Assembly (NCBI GenBank): GCA_012295275.1
Contig: CM022665.1
Coordinates: forward strand, 11,842,001-11,906,000
Length of the DNA stretch: 64,000 bases
Direction of reading: 5' to 3'
Source: Chrysomallon squamiferum
Taxonomy: Eukaryota; Animalia; Mollusca
Under the pieces are notes generated by a model, which worked only from the letters and a program-made list of their open reading frames with translations, did not search any database and was not told the DNA's origin. The position numbers were made by a program, and so were the translations under genes. Of this stretch, positions 27,301 through 43,254 are shown in pieces (the first letter of the stretch is position 1; the number at the start of each line of letters is the position of its first letter).

Positions 27301-28022
27301 CATAAAGCATTTAATTTCGGAGAATAATTAGATATTTTAACGGGATAAAAATATACAGAGTTAAATTGTGCTTAACGTCGTCACGTTTCGAACGCTTTTG
27401 TTTTGATGCCGCCATTTTCCTCTTACACTTTCACCTTTTGCTGTTTATCTTTGGACATTAACAAGAAAGGAAAAAAACCTAAGCATTTCTATGAAAAATG
27501 TACAATATCACACTCGTCAGGAATTATGTTTATTGTACTCCAGTTGGCGACTACAAGATGGCCCGTCTTCGTACGCTCCTCGCCATGTTCAAGTGGAGAG
27601 TTGTGAAATGGGAGGCAGACGACACACCCACTTCTTGTTGGGGATTATTAAAAGCTAAGAGATCTCCGATCAGATTTAATCATCTCGAGAAAATAAGACA
27701 ATGGAGGAAAGAAGAAGCACTATGAGGATTTTTTTTTTCTTTCAAATTTTACACTGAACCTTCTTATGACCATCTTGACTGCACGTTTCATGTCAATAAT
27801 AAGTTTTAATTTCTCTAATTATTCTGATTGGAAAGGAGTGCTTGGCGCATTTATATTTTTTATTTTTTTTATTTTTTTTTAAGTAGATAAATTTAACTGT
27901 AAATGAGTGACGTAGAAATTAAATCATTACGATTATAACTCTATTAATTTAATAATTTTTGCTTTTTATTAATTTTCTTTTTCATTTTGTTATTTGTGTT
28001 TTTCAGTGTGTGTTTATGTGTG

Positions 28023-28061
<39 letters not shown>

Positions 28062-29040
28062 TATTGCATGATTCTCTAATGCAAGAAGACTACACAAAGA
28101 TTCTAAATTCACTATAAAAGAAACAAATATTAAATACCTATAAGTTTAATATATAAATCTTTATTTAACGACATTCCAGTATTAAAGGTTATTTTATGTC
28201 AGTCCTATTATACATAATTCTAATGAAAATACCGCTGTGATAAAGTTTACTCAGTAATCAACAAAAGACATGTCATAAGCACCTTCCCATGGACATGAAA
28301 ACACACAGCAATATCTGTCATCCAGTAACAGTGGAAAGCAGACTGCAAGAAAAAACAATGAACTGAACGTAGCCAAGAGAACTGATCTTTCGATCCACTC
28401 CTCCTCTGACCTTTTCTTTAAGATCTACCAAAGTGTTTCTCTACCATAACTAATATTTTTTTTTATTCCCTTCTTTTTCTTATCCATTTTTCCCCTTTCT
28501 TGCCATTTAACTTCCCACATAAAAAATTTCACTTCCAGTCCCTTCCTTCCCCTATCCCCTCTTTTTTTTTTTTCTTTCTTTTAATTCAAAATCTCTCCAG
28601 AATGGTGTAAACTTTCCCACACCGTACACAGCATCATTAACTCAGCGCGGGGCAATCTAATCCACGCCTGTATTTTTGTTTCGTTCGGTCCCATTAATAC
28701 TACGTGCTCAACGAGGTCACAACACCGACTGCTACGACACCGGTATTAGTGGCTGATATTTCCCGAAAGAGAATGTCGATGGTGTAGGGTAACAGAGAGT
28801 TTTCGTCAGAAAATGGATGTCGAAGTCGAATGTCAACACAAAATAACTGTTCGGAGAAACAGGTTTAAGCTAGAGTTACTGAACTAATAATATAAGTTTT
28901 CATATCGGACGACGTTCCCGATGCCAAAACCATAACATGAGAATAATCAATTTGTAAAAATTACGAATGATCCACATTGGAAATTATTAGTGTTGTAGTT
29001 TAGTGGTTGTGAGATAATTTTGTTTTTCTTTAGAAATCTT

Positions 29041-29148
<108 letters not shown>

Positions 29149-29428
29149 ATTATTTTATTTTTGCGTATTTAATTTTAAAATTTATATTTCATCTTGTTTT
29201 AATTTGATTTTTCAGTTTCTACATAATGAAGTTTTTTAAATAATTTTTTTTTAGTAATATCAGGGTTGAGCCATGAATTACCTTCGTTAATTTGTACAGA
29301 TGTACCTTCATGTTGAAACATATGTATATCAACAGTTCCATAGAGATGCATGCGTATAGATACTTACAGATATAAATAAAAGACTAATAAAACAAAAATT
29401 ATAAAATAATAATAATTATAACAATAAT

Positions 29429-29468
<40 letters not shown>

Positions 29469-29942
29469 GAAATGATATAAAGAAATAGTTAGTAGGAGTA
29501 GAGAGATATGTAAAAAGAGAAAAAGTGAAAGATAATAATAACATGAGATAATTTAAAACAGTTATGTCATTTAAATATTATCTTTTGTCTTTTTCTTTTT
29601 AACTTAAATTTTATATATAGCGTAGCTAATTTAAGAAAACAAATATCGATCCATGGCGTCCTTTGGTTCTTAAATGTTTCGTAACTGCAATTTTTCTTAA
29701 TCAGGTTTGTGCTTATTCTTGTGGACTTTTATTTAATTTAATTTAATTTTATTTAATTTTATTTGTTTTTTTATTTTTTTTATTTTATTTTATTTTATTT
29801 CATTTCATTTATTTCATTTATTTCATTTATTTATTTATGTATTTATGTATTTCTGCATGTATGTATGTATTTATTTATTCATTTATACATGTATTTATAT
29901 ATATATTGTGTACGTATGTATATGTACGTATGTATTTGTGTG

Positions 29943-29975
<33 letters not shown>

Positions 29976-30637
29976 GAACACACAATCACGCATATACACA
30001 CACAGATACACATTTATTTATTTATTTATTTATTGCAATTTATCCTAATACCTGCTGTTTCAAATTTCAAACATTAAAAACACAACGCACTCCAAGTTTC
30101 ACCTAACCGTTGGTCTGTGGTGACAGATATATTTTGGGAAAGCGGGTCAGTCGCGGGTAAAATTTCCAACTGATAAAACGAACTGAGTTTCGAGTGGATG
30201 TACCGCTTCTCTCGCGTTATCCTAGCAACATGAGAGTGTTTTGACAATGACCGAGTGTTTGAGTCCAACACTCAACTAAACACGTTCAGTTCAATACCCA
30301 CATATTTATGAACTTTTTTTTTTTTTTTTTTTTTCATTCTCTTTCTCAAACGCTGGATCCACCCGAATCTACCCTGGTGGTCCACAAAGAAAAAAAAAAA
30401 AAAAAAAAAATTGATGGCTTTTTCTGAAGCTGTCTGTGACTGTTATTTCATTGTCCATTACCCTATTAAAAGATTCTTCCGTCCTGTGTCTGTTTTTACA
30501 ATTGCACCAACTGGTGTCATACTAAAACGAAATATTCCCAAACAAAACCGTCAAGTATTTCACACAACGTTAGTAATTAAGCACATTCTTGATCGCCGAG
30601 TGTCGAGAGAAGCAATTAGTTATTCACTGCTTTTTTT

Positions 30638-30675
<38 letters not shown>

Positions 30676-30881
30676 ACAGGAACTCTCGAAATCACTAAAG
30701 CTTACCTGTGTGCCACCAGCAACATAATTACTTCTATTAAATCACTGATAAAAAGAACACTCATATCCAAGGTACACGTGGGCGCCAAAGACATAATTAT
30801 TCCCACTCCTATTAAAACACTTGTACAGAATTAATTATTTTTTTTTTTTTATATGTTTTTTTTTTTTTAGTCATTCATAAT

Positions 30882-30936
<55 letters not shown>

Positions 30937-31762
30937 TTAATAATAATAAATACATAAATAAAAATGATAATAAAAAAAAAAAAAAAAATTAAAGTTAAAA
31001 AATATGAAGAATAAGTAAATAAATGATAGTAAAAATTAATAATTATTAATAGTAATAACAACAGCAACACAAACAATAACAATAATAATAATAACAATAA
31101 TAATAATAATTATAATAACAATAATAATAATAATAGTAATTATAAATAATAATAATTTTATATTATTATTAATAGATAAATAAATAAACAAATACCTAAA
31201 TAAAAATAATTAAAATTAATAATAATTATAATGCGCTAGACATATCTTCTTTATTCTCAATGCCCAATTTAGATCAAATGGCTCGTGTTTCTGAATAAAA
31301 TAGTGTGAATGTTCTGTCATTATACGAATGTATTTGAAGACTTTGGTTCTTCAAAACTGGCGTGCATGTATTGCAAACCTGATCAATCAATGTTCTTAAT
31401 TTGATATGATATCTGGAAATAAAATAGAAGTCAATATTTGCTAACTGATTAATGGAATGGTTATGCAGTTATCAATAAAATAGTGGCCATGCTGGTAAAA
31501 CTATTTCTAAAAAAGAGAAAAAACAGAAACGAAAAAGTGGGCCCATGAAAAAATATATTGCATGCGCGAGTTTGTACTGGAATAACGTCAGCTATACAAA
31601 ATCATATATGTATTATTAATTATATCTAATCAGGTTTGGAAAGTGATTGTAATAAAAAAGAAAAAAAGATGATAATAAAAAAAAAAAAAAAAAAAATTTT
31701 TTTAAATTTAAAAAATTGTGGTTGTTGTTGTTGTTGCTGCTGTTATGATGATGATGATGAAG

Positions 31763-31816
<54 letters not shown>

Positions 31817-32639
31817 GTAGTAATAATAATAATAATTATTATTATTATTGTTGTTGTTGTTGTTAATGTTGTTTTATTTTGTTGTTATTGTTGCTGATGT
31901 TGCTGTTGTATTACAGTAGAGATAATAGTAGTAGTAAAAAAATTGTCATACAAGTAATAGCTGTTACAGTAATAGCCGTAGTAGTTAAAGTAGCAGCAGT
32001 AGTAGTAGTAGAAACAATTGCGGTAATAGCAGTACCTGCAGTTGTAACAGCAACAGCAATAGTAGTAAACGTAGTAGGAGTAGTAGAAGTGATAGTAGCG
32101 TTGTTATAATAAAGTAGTATGTGTGCACAGTACACAGTATATGTTAATAGTAATGGTATTAAGCAAAGCACTCACTGAAGTAGTGGAACGTAATCTGTCC
32201 GTGACTCAGTCTGTTTGTCTCTTTATGTGTAACTGTTTGCATGTAGAGTTTTGCACACATGTATTTACATTTCTTTGCTCAGATTAAGTCTACAAAAGCT
32301 TTCGTTTGTATTACAAAATACAACACATGAATTTCCAACCACTGCATGTGTGTATTTACAAGTCACATTATGGCATGACCACAGTCCTATGTTACAGACC
32401 TATTTACTGTGACAATACACAAATATTTACTGTTAAACTGATTAAATAGAACTTGATCATAATATATTTGTTGAGACTAGATCGTAGCAGAACCTGTAAA
32501 TATGAACAGCAGAAAACATTGAAACACTTACTAAATATTTTCCAGTTTTGTTAACGTAACGTGAACATTTTTTTTTTAAAAATAATAAATTAAATACTCG
32601 GTATATAAAAATGATAATATGAAGCGGATTACCAATACA

Positions 32640-32685
<46 letters not shown>

Positions 32686-32804
32686 TAATTAATTAATTAA
32701 TTAATTTAAAAAACGAAATCTTCACCGAAATTTCTTTAAAATCTGTTTCTAAAACAACTAAATAAATAAATAATAGCAGTAATAATAACAATATTTGTTG
32801 TTGT

Positions 32805-32856
<52 letters not shown>

Positions 32857-32965
32857 GATGATGATGATGATGATGATAGTGATAATGATTTTTATTTATT
32901 TCGATATCTTCTAATTTATTTTATTATTAAGATTCTTCAAAAAATAATTTAAAAAATAAATTAAA

Positions 32966-33022
<57 letters not shown>

Positions 33023-33675
33023 AGAAATTTACTTAATAAACTGAATAAAGATGAAAATGAAACTATTAAAATTAAATTTGCCTGGCGAGTACATATGAAA
33101 AAAACCCAACGAAATAAGCAAAATGGTCGATAAAAAATATAAAAATTTAAAATAATAGAAACAAAATTAATAGATAAATTAATTAACAAATAAAAAAAAA
33201 GAAACAGGTAAATTTAAATAAACGAACACAAATAAATAAATAATTAAATAACATAACATAACATCAAACAGTTTCTAACAGGATCAAAATAACGTCACGA
33301 TATACTGTCCTGAACTTAAATGACCTTTTGGGCGTGGAATTAAAACGACAAATTGATCTGAAAATTCCACGCTAGCGAGATTTTATTCGACAATTTGTGT
33401 CCACCCTGTTCTGCACGGCTCGCGCTAAATGTCCTCTCTCAAATGGGTACTTGGCGCGAAAGAGCACGTGCTGGTTCGTGACATACAAAGTACTCCGTTT
33501 CCTAATTAACGTTACGCCGGATAACAGCACCCATCTATTTTAATAATTCAAAGTACTACATCACACTCACGTCTCCTAGCAACAGACGACTTATTTGCAT
33601 AAATGTATAGACCACGAGACGGAACAATACATTTTTGTTATCAGGGTAAACGTACTCGAGACTTCATTAGTGTTA

Positions 33676-33755
<80 letters not shown>

Positions 33756-34459
33756 TTTTTTTTTTTTTTTTTTTTTTTTTCTGTTTAGGTGTACTTTTAA
33801 TTTAGTTAAAGACTTACATGATTTCTTACTTCCAAAATATTAAGCATCAAAACAAAACATTAAAACAAAATTAAAACAATTTACGACCAGTTCCATTTAG
33901 CCCTAACATCTTTTAAACAACTGCCCAGCAACTCTGTTTCGTTGATCTCTCAGGTTTGTTGACAAACATTTGGAAGACAACAACAATATGACAACGACGT
34001 CGTTGATTTTAGATTTCTTTTGACACCAGTAAAAATCTGGTATTCCACCGATACCGTCTTCCCAAATTTGTTTTTTGACGTCTTGAATAGTTGTGTTCTC
34101 TGATTTTGTTTTCTTTTTACTGTTTCTCGTTTGTTGTGTGCATTTGAATGCAAGTGTTATGCGTCATTCTTTCATTAGTTTGTCGTTTATATGTTTGATG
34201 TTTCACTAGAAACAAAATCGAGAACGAAAACAACAGAAACGACAGTCAGTGTTGTCGTTTTATCGTGAAGTTATTTCTGTTTTTTCTTTTTCTAGTTTAT
34301 TTTGATAATATTACGTTTAATTATCATGTTATTTATTCTGTAAGTGAATTTTATTCATTTGTTTATACATACATACATACATACACATACGTCTGTACAT
34401 GTATCTCATTCATATTCATTTTTTTTTAATACTACTCTATTATTATTATTAGTAGTAGT

Positions 34460-34497
<38 letters not shown>

Positions 34498-35170
34498 TAG
34501 TAGTAGTTGTAGTAGTAAAGTAATTTGTTTTTGTTTTATTATTTTACAGGTTTTTCATTTATTTATTTATTGCAAAGATGGCCAGTAACATTTCATCATT
34601 TATTATTACTGCTGTTGTTGCGCTTGTTATTTTTGTTTTTGTTGTAGCTTTTGTTCTAATAGTTATGTCACAGCACTGTCTTCTTTAAATGTGTTTTATA
34701 AACAATCCCCAGCTTTTCTTTCTTTCTTTCTAAGCAGGCTGTTTTAACTAACAAACATTCCTTAGTTGACTATATACAAACATGTCCTCACAACAAACAT
34801 AACGGAGTAAAGTGAACGTTTTGCTTAGGTACAATGTATATTAGTGTTGTCACCGTCTCCTGTTTGAAAATTTACCAAACTGATCCAAGAATAAATATAT
34901 ATATTTGCTGTTCTCAGGTAAGCTCGCGAACTAGAACTTTGTGTAAGTATAGAAAGAAAGAACTGATGAGCACCGCGATGGTGGAAGTGTCACAAGAAGA
35001 TATTTCATGGCGGGAAACAGAGCGTGTGGAACGTATCAACAACTGCTGTTTTAGCGCCACGAAATTAGTTCGGAAACAAATTATTTATTTATTTACTTAT
35101 TTGCGTATTTGGTCTCATTTCGAAAAGATCTTTATTCTTTTTGTCTTTCTCCTTCATTATATGTAGTATA

Positions 35171-35223
<53 letters not shown>

Positions 35224-36598
35224 GGAGCTAGAATTTTAAAAGAAGGAAAGGTTTTTGGAAAACTTTCGAAGCTAGGCCTTGATGTGTACGCTTGGAATTC
35301 CGTTCTCAAACAAGCCTGTTTGCAAAGGAAATCGCGTACAAACATAAGAGACGGCGAAAAGCAAGGTTAAATAGTTTTATGCTTGTATTAGACGACTATG
35401 TCAATGCCGTTTTTATTCTCAGAAATCAACCGCGGTTCCGACCACCAAGGAAACATTTATCGCGCGAGGAACCGCGCTAAAACAATGACCCCGTTGTCCG
35501 TTTTAATTTATTTTCTTTGTTGATTTGTAACACCTCGGATTTGAAATTTCGAATTCATCTACGTCGAATAATATTTAGTTTGTCTTGGAAGGTTTTAATG
35601 ATGAAAAAAAATATATATTCTAAGAATTTAAAAAAAAGAAATACAGGTTTTTTAAAAAGCAAACGTCAGCAACTCTTTTTGTTATAATAATGATATTAAT
35701 AAAAATAACAATAATGATAGTGATTATAACGAATATGATAATAATACTTACTTTTTATAACAATAGTAAAAATAATATTTATTATTAACATTATTATAAT
35801 GACGATAGTAATAACAATGATGATGATAATAATATAATAATAATAATAACTGATGATGATAATGATAAAATAATAAAAATAATAATTCTCTTTTTTTTTA
35901 ACATATGTTAATTTCTAGCTTCACATAATAATATTTAATAATAATTTTAAAAATTGACTCCATTCTTAACTGGAGTTAATAACAAACTGCACAATTTCTA
36001 CACGTGAATATATCTTTGTGTAATAAATGAATGATATAGAGAAACGTTCAAATGTTTGTTCAAAGCGCCCCCACAGACAACTTAATCGCTGTTCTAATAC
36101 TCCGAGATATTTCACAAATATATCAGCTTGTTTATTCTGTTAAACAGAACATCCGTTACAAGACATTTTATGAAATGTTCTCCAAACAAAGCAGAAAGCT
36201 TTTGTTAACTAGTTATTAAGAAAGAAATAAATTTTATTTCTTTATTTATTTGGATTAATGTATAAAATATCACGTTGGATTGTGATTTATGTATTTTCGT
36301 TTTCGACTGCTAAAATTTGTATTTACCTACTTATTTATTTATTTATTTGTTTATTTATTTATTTACTTACTTACTTATTTACTTATACGTCTCTTTGTTT
36401 CTTTTTGTTTGTTTATTCGTGATATTCTGCTTTGAAATTTTATATCAGTATGTCTTGAAAAAAATTAAATAATAATAATAATTATAATAAAATAATAATA
36501 ATAACAACAAAAATAAGCAATAAAATAATAAGGAGAAAAATAAATAATGAACAATTTAATTTAATACATTTTCATAGCAGAATGTCGTCTATAAATAT

Positions 36599-36674
<76 letters not shown>

Positions 36675-36751
36675 ATTTGTCTGTCATTAATCAAAATATC
36701 TTCTCAGCTATTCTTTGACTATTTGTTTTTCTGTTTCTTTCTGGGGCTTTC

Positions 36752-36785
<34 letters not shown>

Positions 36786-37301
36786 ACTCTTGTTTATATT
36801 ACTTTTACTGAAAGGATAAAGAAGAATTCATCAAACTTTTTTTTTTGCTGTTCTTTGAACCTGAGGATAGGGAAAGAAAAAAAAGAAAAACAAAACAACA
36901 AAAAACTTAAAATGTTACACATAAACATGCTCGTTTCTTTCAACATTCCATAGCAACGTAATTAGTCGAAAGGTTGCCGTAGGCAGATAATTAGTAGAAC
37001 AAAACTTGGAACTGCCCCAGGCTTCTTGTTAATTTACTTTCAATATGAGTAAAGTGGAGGTTTCCTTTGTTTTTGTTGACTTACTTATTATTATTTTATT
37101 AGTATTTATATACCTGTAATTTTATTATGTAATCTCCACGTTGTTGCAGTACGACTCTATCAATTTTGTGTGCTGTTTCTCAGAGACAGGAATATTTTTA
37201 TGTAATAAATGTTAAAGACTATAAAGTGTCTTTTTAAATGTGTGTGCTTGCGTGTGTATGTCGGTGTATCTAGGCAGCCATGACGACAATTTTGAGAGAA
37301 T

Positions 37302-37348
<47 letters not shown>

Positions 37349-37938
37349 AATTATCATAAGATATCCGATTATACAGAGAATCGAAGAGAAAAAGAGAGAG
37401 AGATGATAAACAAATCATAATGTCGAAGAAGGCAACTATATATTGCTTCAAGAACATATTGACTAATTAAATGATTATATTTCCATGGTTTGCCCAGGTG
37501 TGACTCGGACAAATATGTCACATTGCACGTCGGTCGATTTGCTCTTGGCTATAAGCAGGCTTGATTGCACGCGCGTTTATTTGCAACAGATAGATAGCGG
37601 TAAATTCGATTTCCCTTCTTTGATTTCTAATTATTATGCGTACTTTTTTTTTTTTCACGTTGCTGGGACCTAATCGTGTTCGTTATCTTCTTTCAAGAGC
37701 TGTTGTCACGGAAACAGTAAACGCCCGTCACCTGCTGCACAGTCAAATTAATAACACGAAAATCTAGCTGAAACGTCATCTGCGTAGCACGTTATTAAGC
37801 GCCAGTCGATTCGGCCATTTGCAATCTGTGTCAGGTAACTAAAATTATGAGTAGTAAAAAGTAATCTGACGTGGCCATTTTCGTATACGGATCTGGCTTA
37901 ATCTGTTCGACAGTCCCAACTAATTTGTTTTAATTCGT

Positions 37939-37969
<31 letters not shown>

Positions 37970-38075
37970 TATACTTATTTAATTTTTTGACTCTTTATAC
38001 CTAAAGTTTTTGATATTACACGTTAAACGTTCTAGTTTATTCTGTCCTTTTTTTCTAAATTCTGAATCCCGTTTT

Positions 38076-38144
<69 letters not shown>

Positions 38145-40797
38145 GAAAATGTAAATGTTTGATTTTCGCATCTACTAAACTGACATTGTAAAGTAAATTT
38201 TGGAAGTATTTAACACAGCTTTATAACGATGTTGTAGACAACATTTTTTTCCTCCGTTGAATTCAGTAATGAATGGGAGTTAGTTAGAAGAGTTTCTTTT
38301 GGTCCGCATACGAAGAAAAATAGACATTATTACCTTTTCTACATTTTCTAAATTATATTTACATTTACATCAACAAATATTATTTCTGGAAAAGCCTAAA
38401 TTGTTACTGATTCAGAAACGCTGAAGTAGTGTAATCACAGTAATGACTGAAGAAGTTAATTAGCATCAGAAGTGTTAATAAAATTAATGTTTTGCGATGA
38501 AGCGAATATAAAATAGTAGGAGAAGGAAATTAAACTCCGATCTTTAGCTAAAATATGACGAATACTTTGTGAAAGATGAGCATAGTGACAGTTGTCCTCG
38601 TTAAAAAGTCTTTTTTGCCAAAACATGCGCGTATTCATTAATAATATCAAACTGAACGTATCAAGGGCCATCAGGCGGAGAGAAGTTTCTGTGTAATTTT
38701 CCTTCTTTTTCGGAAAGAGCACCTCGGCTATTTTCAAGTTGTTTGGTTTTCCAAATGAGCTGTGGCATATGAATCTCATTAGAAAAACGTCCCAGGATCA
38801 TAGTTCACGGTTTTCTAAGCGCACAGGCGTTAGCATTTCGGCCACGTTTCGCGTTTTGTTGGATTAATTGGCAGTGAGCGACTCATTAAACGGGTTGACT
38901 AGGCATGTAAACAAACGTCGCAGGGTACACAGACGAGAAGACTTCAACTGAAAGGGCAAGTTCGGGCGTACAATGCTCTTCAGTAAAACGTCATCTATCT
39001 TGCACTCCCATCCTCTTATCATCCAGATAATAGCGCCTTGCTGCTCGAATCAAATAGACTCTTCACTGCAATACTAACTAGAAATAATTTGATAGTGTTC
39101 TGCGCTCACATGTTCTCAGTGAGTAAAACAAAGATCTTATATTGTTTGAGTGAGAGGGGAGACAGAAGAAGAAAAAAAGTAAGAAGAAGATAAAAAGATT
39201 TTATAAATGATCGTCCATCAATATAAACCATTACATGTCTGCATCTGTCATCAGTTGGGAAATCCAGCCCCCCGGGGACGTTTGTCCAATGTCTCCAAGA
39301 AACTGGAGAGGTTTGTACACAGGGATAATATAATATGGACCATGAAAAAGATAACATGGACCGTTTCTGTACCCAAGAAAATTGTTTTGCAAACACCGCG
39401 TGAAAAGATTCAAGTGAATTCTCTGTAATGAAGCCAAAACCTTTCTACATTTTAACTGTTTTTCACTATATAAATATGTTTTCATAATTATTTTTTTATA
39501 TATATATATATTATATACACAATAACAAAAATAAACTTTAATGAAATTGCCAACTTGATTATTGAGTATTTTTCCTTTAAAATAAGTTGAATCATTTTTG
39601 TTCTTTTTTTCTTCTTCTTCTTCTTCTTTTTAATTGTCTGTTTGGTTCATTATCATTTTGTCAAAGCATCTGTGTGGGTTTTTATATACTTTGTTTTTAT
39701 GTTTATTTTCCATTTAAGAAAACCTACAAAGTAACTGCGTAATTACATGAACATGTTTGGTTTTAATTCCTAAATATCGAGGAAAACACGTTAAACTGTT
39801 TTATTATTTTTACTATACTTTAACACCAAACTGACTGGAATGCCGACAAAAGTATACTGCTTATTTTTATTATTATTTATTTTATTGTTTTTATTATTTT
39901 AATTTAATTTAGTTGTTTTTTAATCATTATTTATTTATTTATTTATTTATTCATATATAGTTATTATTTTGTTTTATTATTATTATTATAATATGACGTT
40001 TACCATACGAAAAAAATATTTACAAGGATCTGCGATCTATTTAAAAAATGACCATTACCCTATTTATATATATATATATATATATATAAAAGAATAATAA
40101 AAATTCCTATATACGTTGAACACAGGAAATATAATATCATCTTTGGAGAAAAAAAAAAAAGGTTCAACAGTCATCATAGAACGTTCAATATTCTAAACAA
40201 TATTTTATTTTTATTATAGATGTATTCCAAACAAAGGTTCTCTCCAAAAAAAAAAATAATAATAATAATAATAAAAATAAAATAAAATAATAATAATAAT
40301 TATAATAATTATTATTATTATATGAAAAAAATAAAACAGTCTGCAAAACACAGCTTGATGTGGATTGGAATCAAAAGGGTGTCGCACAAATCTTATTTTA
40401 CTCATGATAAAACGGATTAAAAAAATAAATTATTTGTCACAGATGTTGATGCTGTGGACTGGAAGGATAAATAGTTCAGTGTTACGTGTTAATATTTGTT
40501 AATGACTCGTGTAACTAAACATAATACATTTTCCTTCACTGCGTTATTATAATGATTAGAAATGAAGCTCATGCTGATAAGGAAAGAAAATAAGTGGTGC
40601 AAACCAAAAGAATGGATCTCTGTTCCAACCACACGAAAACACCTTAAAGTTCGGGAAGAAACCAAGACTCTTTATTTTTAAAAATGTTTCACATTATTCA
40701 GTAATTTTTTTTATTATTACAAATAAATTATATAAAATAATAGTTACTCACTTTTTCATCATCATTATCATTATTATCATCATTATCATTATTATCA

Positions 40798-40844
<47 letters not shown>

Positions 40845-43254
40845 TACAGTTTCAGCAGAGAGACACAGATAAATGGATCGACAAAAGGATACGAACACAC
40901 GAGCAGTGAAACAGACAAACAAATTTATATAAAAATAATAAAATATAAATACGTAAACAAAGAGATACAACGTTTTAAAAAATCCATTCTTAACAAATAA
41001 CATTTTATTAATTAAATATGACAAAATACGTGTTCTTTCAAACAATAACGTTGAATATGAACAACAGCCCAGACGCTTGGCCTGTTAACTGCTTTAAGCG
41101 GATTATGAAATTACGTTTATAATGTTTCTTCTTTAAGAAAGGTCAAACATACTCGACTAAGAAGAAGAAAACGGAGAAAATGTTCTGTATAAACTGTGAC
41201 AGTTTATTAAGGTGATATTTAGACAACTCTTACAGTGTATCTTGGTTGGTAAACAGGGCTGTTTTCTCAACACACAACACCCTAGAAAACACACACGACT
41301 TGAAATAAAGCGTTCGCGATTTAATTAAATTTTTCAAAATGTCCCAGCTGATGTTTCTAATATGCCAGATTTACACATGAAAAGGAAAATATACTTTTTG
41401 TTTTCATTAGAATTGTACGTTGAGCTAGAAGGAACGACAATTTAGGTATCGTTTTATTAGACTGTGAAAGTTGTTGAGTTAGAAAAGGAATAAAAGTTTG
41501 TAACAAAATAGAAATGTGTCTTTGGATATTTCTTAGAACTACAACAATATATGAGAGTTAATTATTTAGTGCTTATGTAAAGGTATATCGTTTTAAATTG
41601 AAAACAGCGTGAATACATTAAAAATACTGAAGTACGTAGTGGATTCAAAACAAATTAGATAATAATTTTAACATTTTTATTGGGAATGAACCACGAGAAA
41701 AATATTATTTTTAGAACTCTACGCTTCTGTCAGCATCCCTCTCAACACATATTTTTGGTGATTTTGTTTCATAAAACTAAAATTCACAAGCAAGCAATAA
41801 GTTTACACTTTTTCGCCGACCACATTAAACAAGCAAACATGAAAAACGACATTAAGCCAAGACAGAGCCGAACATGCATTTTACGATGTTCCGTTTAATC
41901 TTTGTGTCGACATCCGGTCCATTGCGGTCATTTGTGTACACAGAGTCGATCCACCTAAAACATGTCCCGCCATTTCGGCAAAGTTATCTCCTCTTGTTTT
42001 TCACTTTTGCTACTTCCTGCCCATTGCAAACTCAGATCGGCCCGTTTTTCTGTCTGTTGTAGCGTCCTGCCAAATGCAAATGCAAGTCGGCTCCCAAGAG
42101 CGTTAATATGTTGATTTTGGTAGCCTTTTCTCTCCTATATTTGTTTCAAATCAAATTTTAAATGTTTACTCGACGAAAATAAAGCAATGTCGTACGACCC
42201 GTTACATTATGAGCTCGAGATAATTTGATGGTACACAAATTAAATCCAACTTATCCCTTTTTGTTGGTAGGCAAATATTTTTCTTACCTAGGTATACTGG
42301 TTCGGTGAGCTCTGGCTGCGAAAAAGCTACAACAGAGTGTGAATTGGTGGCTTTGTTTATCAACTTCTCTTGTTCGTTTGTTTGGTGTATTCCGATATTG
42401 CATTAGTGTAAAGTTTACCAAAGATTTCCTCCACCTTTCATTTGAGAATTTCGTTATAAATCAGCGAATTTCGGGGTAATGTAGTCATTATAATCAGTGT
42501 TTTCTCGAAATCTTTATTGGTAAAAACTATTCAATTTGAATCTGTTATAAATGTGTTTATCCTGATATACGATATTCTAAAATATTTCTTACTACTTTAT
42601 ATTAATATTTCGGATACAATGCATAAAAAAAACAAATACATAAAAAAAAAAAAAAAAAAAATAGTTTTCGCTTTTGAAAATGCACATTTAGAAATCTTCA
42701 TAGAGAAAGCAGAAGTCGTGCCCAGTTCAGTTTAACTGAATTTTTCATATGAATATAAATAAGTTTGTAAGTGTTGTATGAACCATAACAATTTCTATAT
42801 TCACCCGGTGAGAATAGAGAAAACTTGAATATAAAATAATATGTATCTTAAATAGATTTTTTCCAATTACGGTCTGATTTATAATCGTTCCGGTTTTTTT
42901 TAACAGTCGTCGAATAACTAAATGTGTTTACTGCCCACAAACTGAAATTCTGCAAGTGTGTACTTTCAACTTTATATTAATGTAGGTACTCTAGCTTTAA
43001 TATTTATTTATTTATTTATTTATTTGTGGGGGTGGGAGGGAGATGGAAAACGTTTGAAAGAGAAAAAGAATAATGACTAAGATATAATCTCCTATTTTTA
43101 CGTCTGTTTTAACACTGGATCTGTTTTGTGTTTTCACAGGTGCATGTTACCTGCAGTTCAAGAACAAGTATCTCTAAATCCTGCTGACGACTTTTTAAAA
43201 TCCAGCTCGCTATACCGACTTTATTTTATATCCCATTAAGCGGTGCCCTGGCAT

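Noticed and set aside
28130-28440. Penelope-like GIY-YIG remnant (LLYI..., RELIFRS...)
   Set aside because: The resemblance needs many frameshifts and is too weak without a profile search.
38456-39485. ORFs of 73-107 aa in the 38.4-39.4 kb island
   Set aside because: Overlapping frames on both strands, no recognisable domain and no splice chain.
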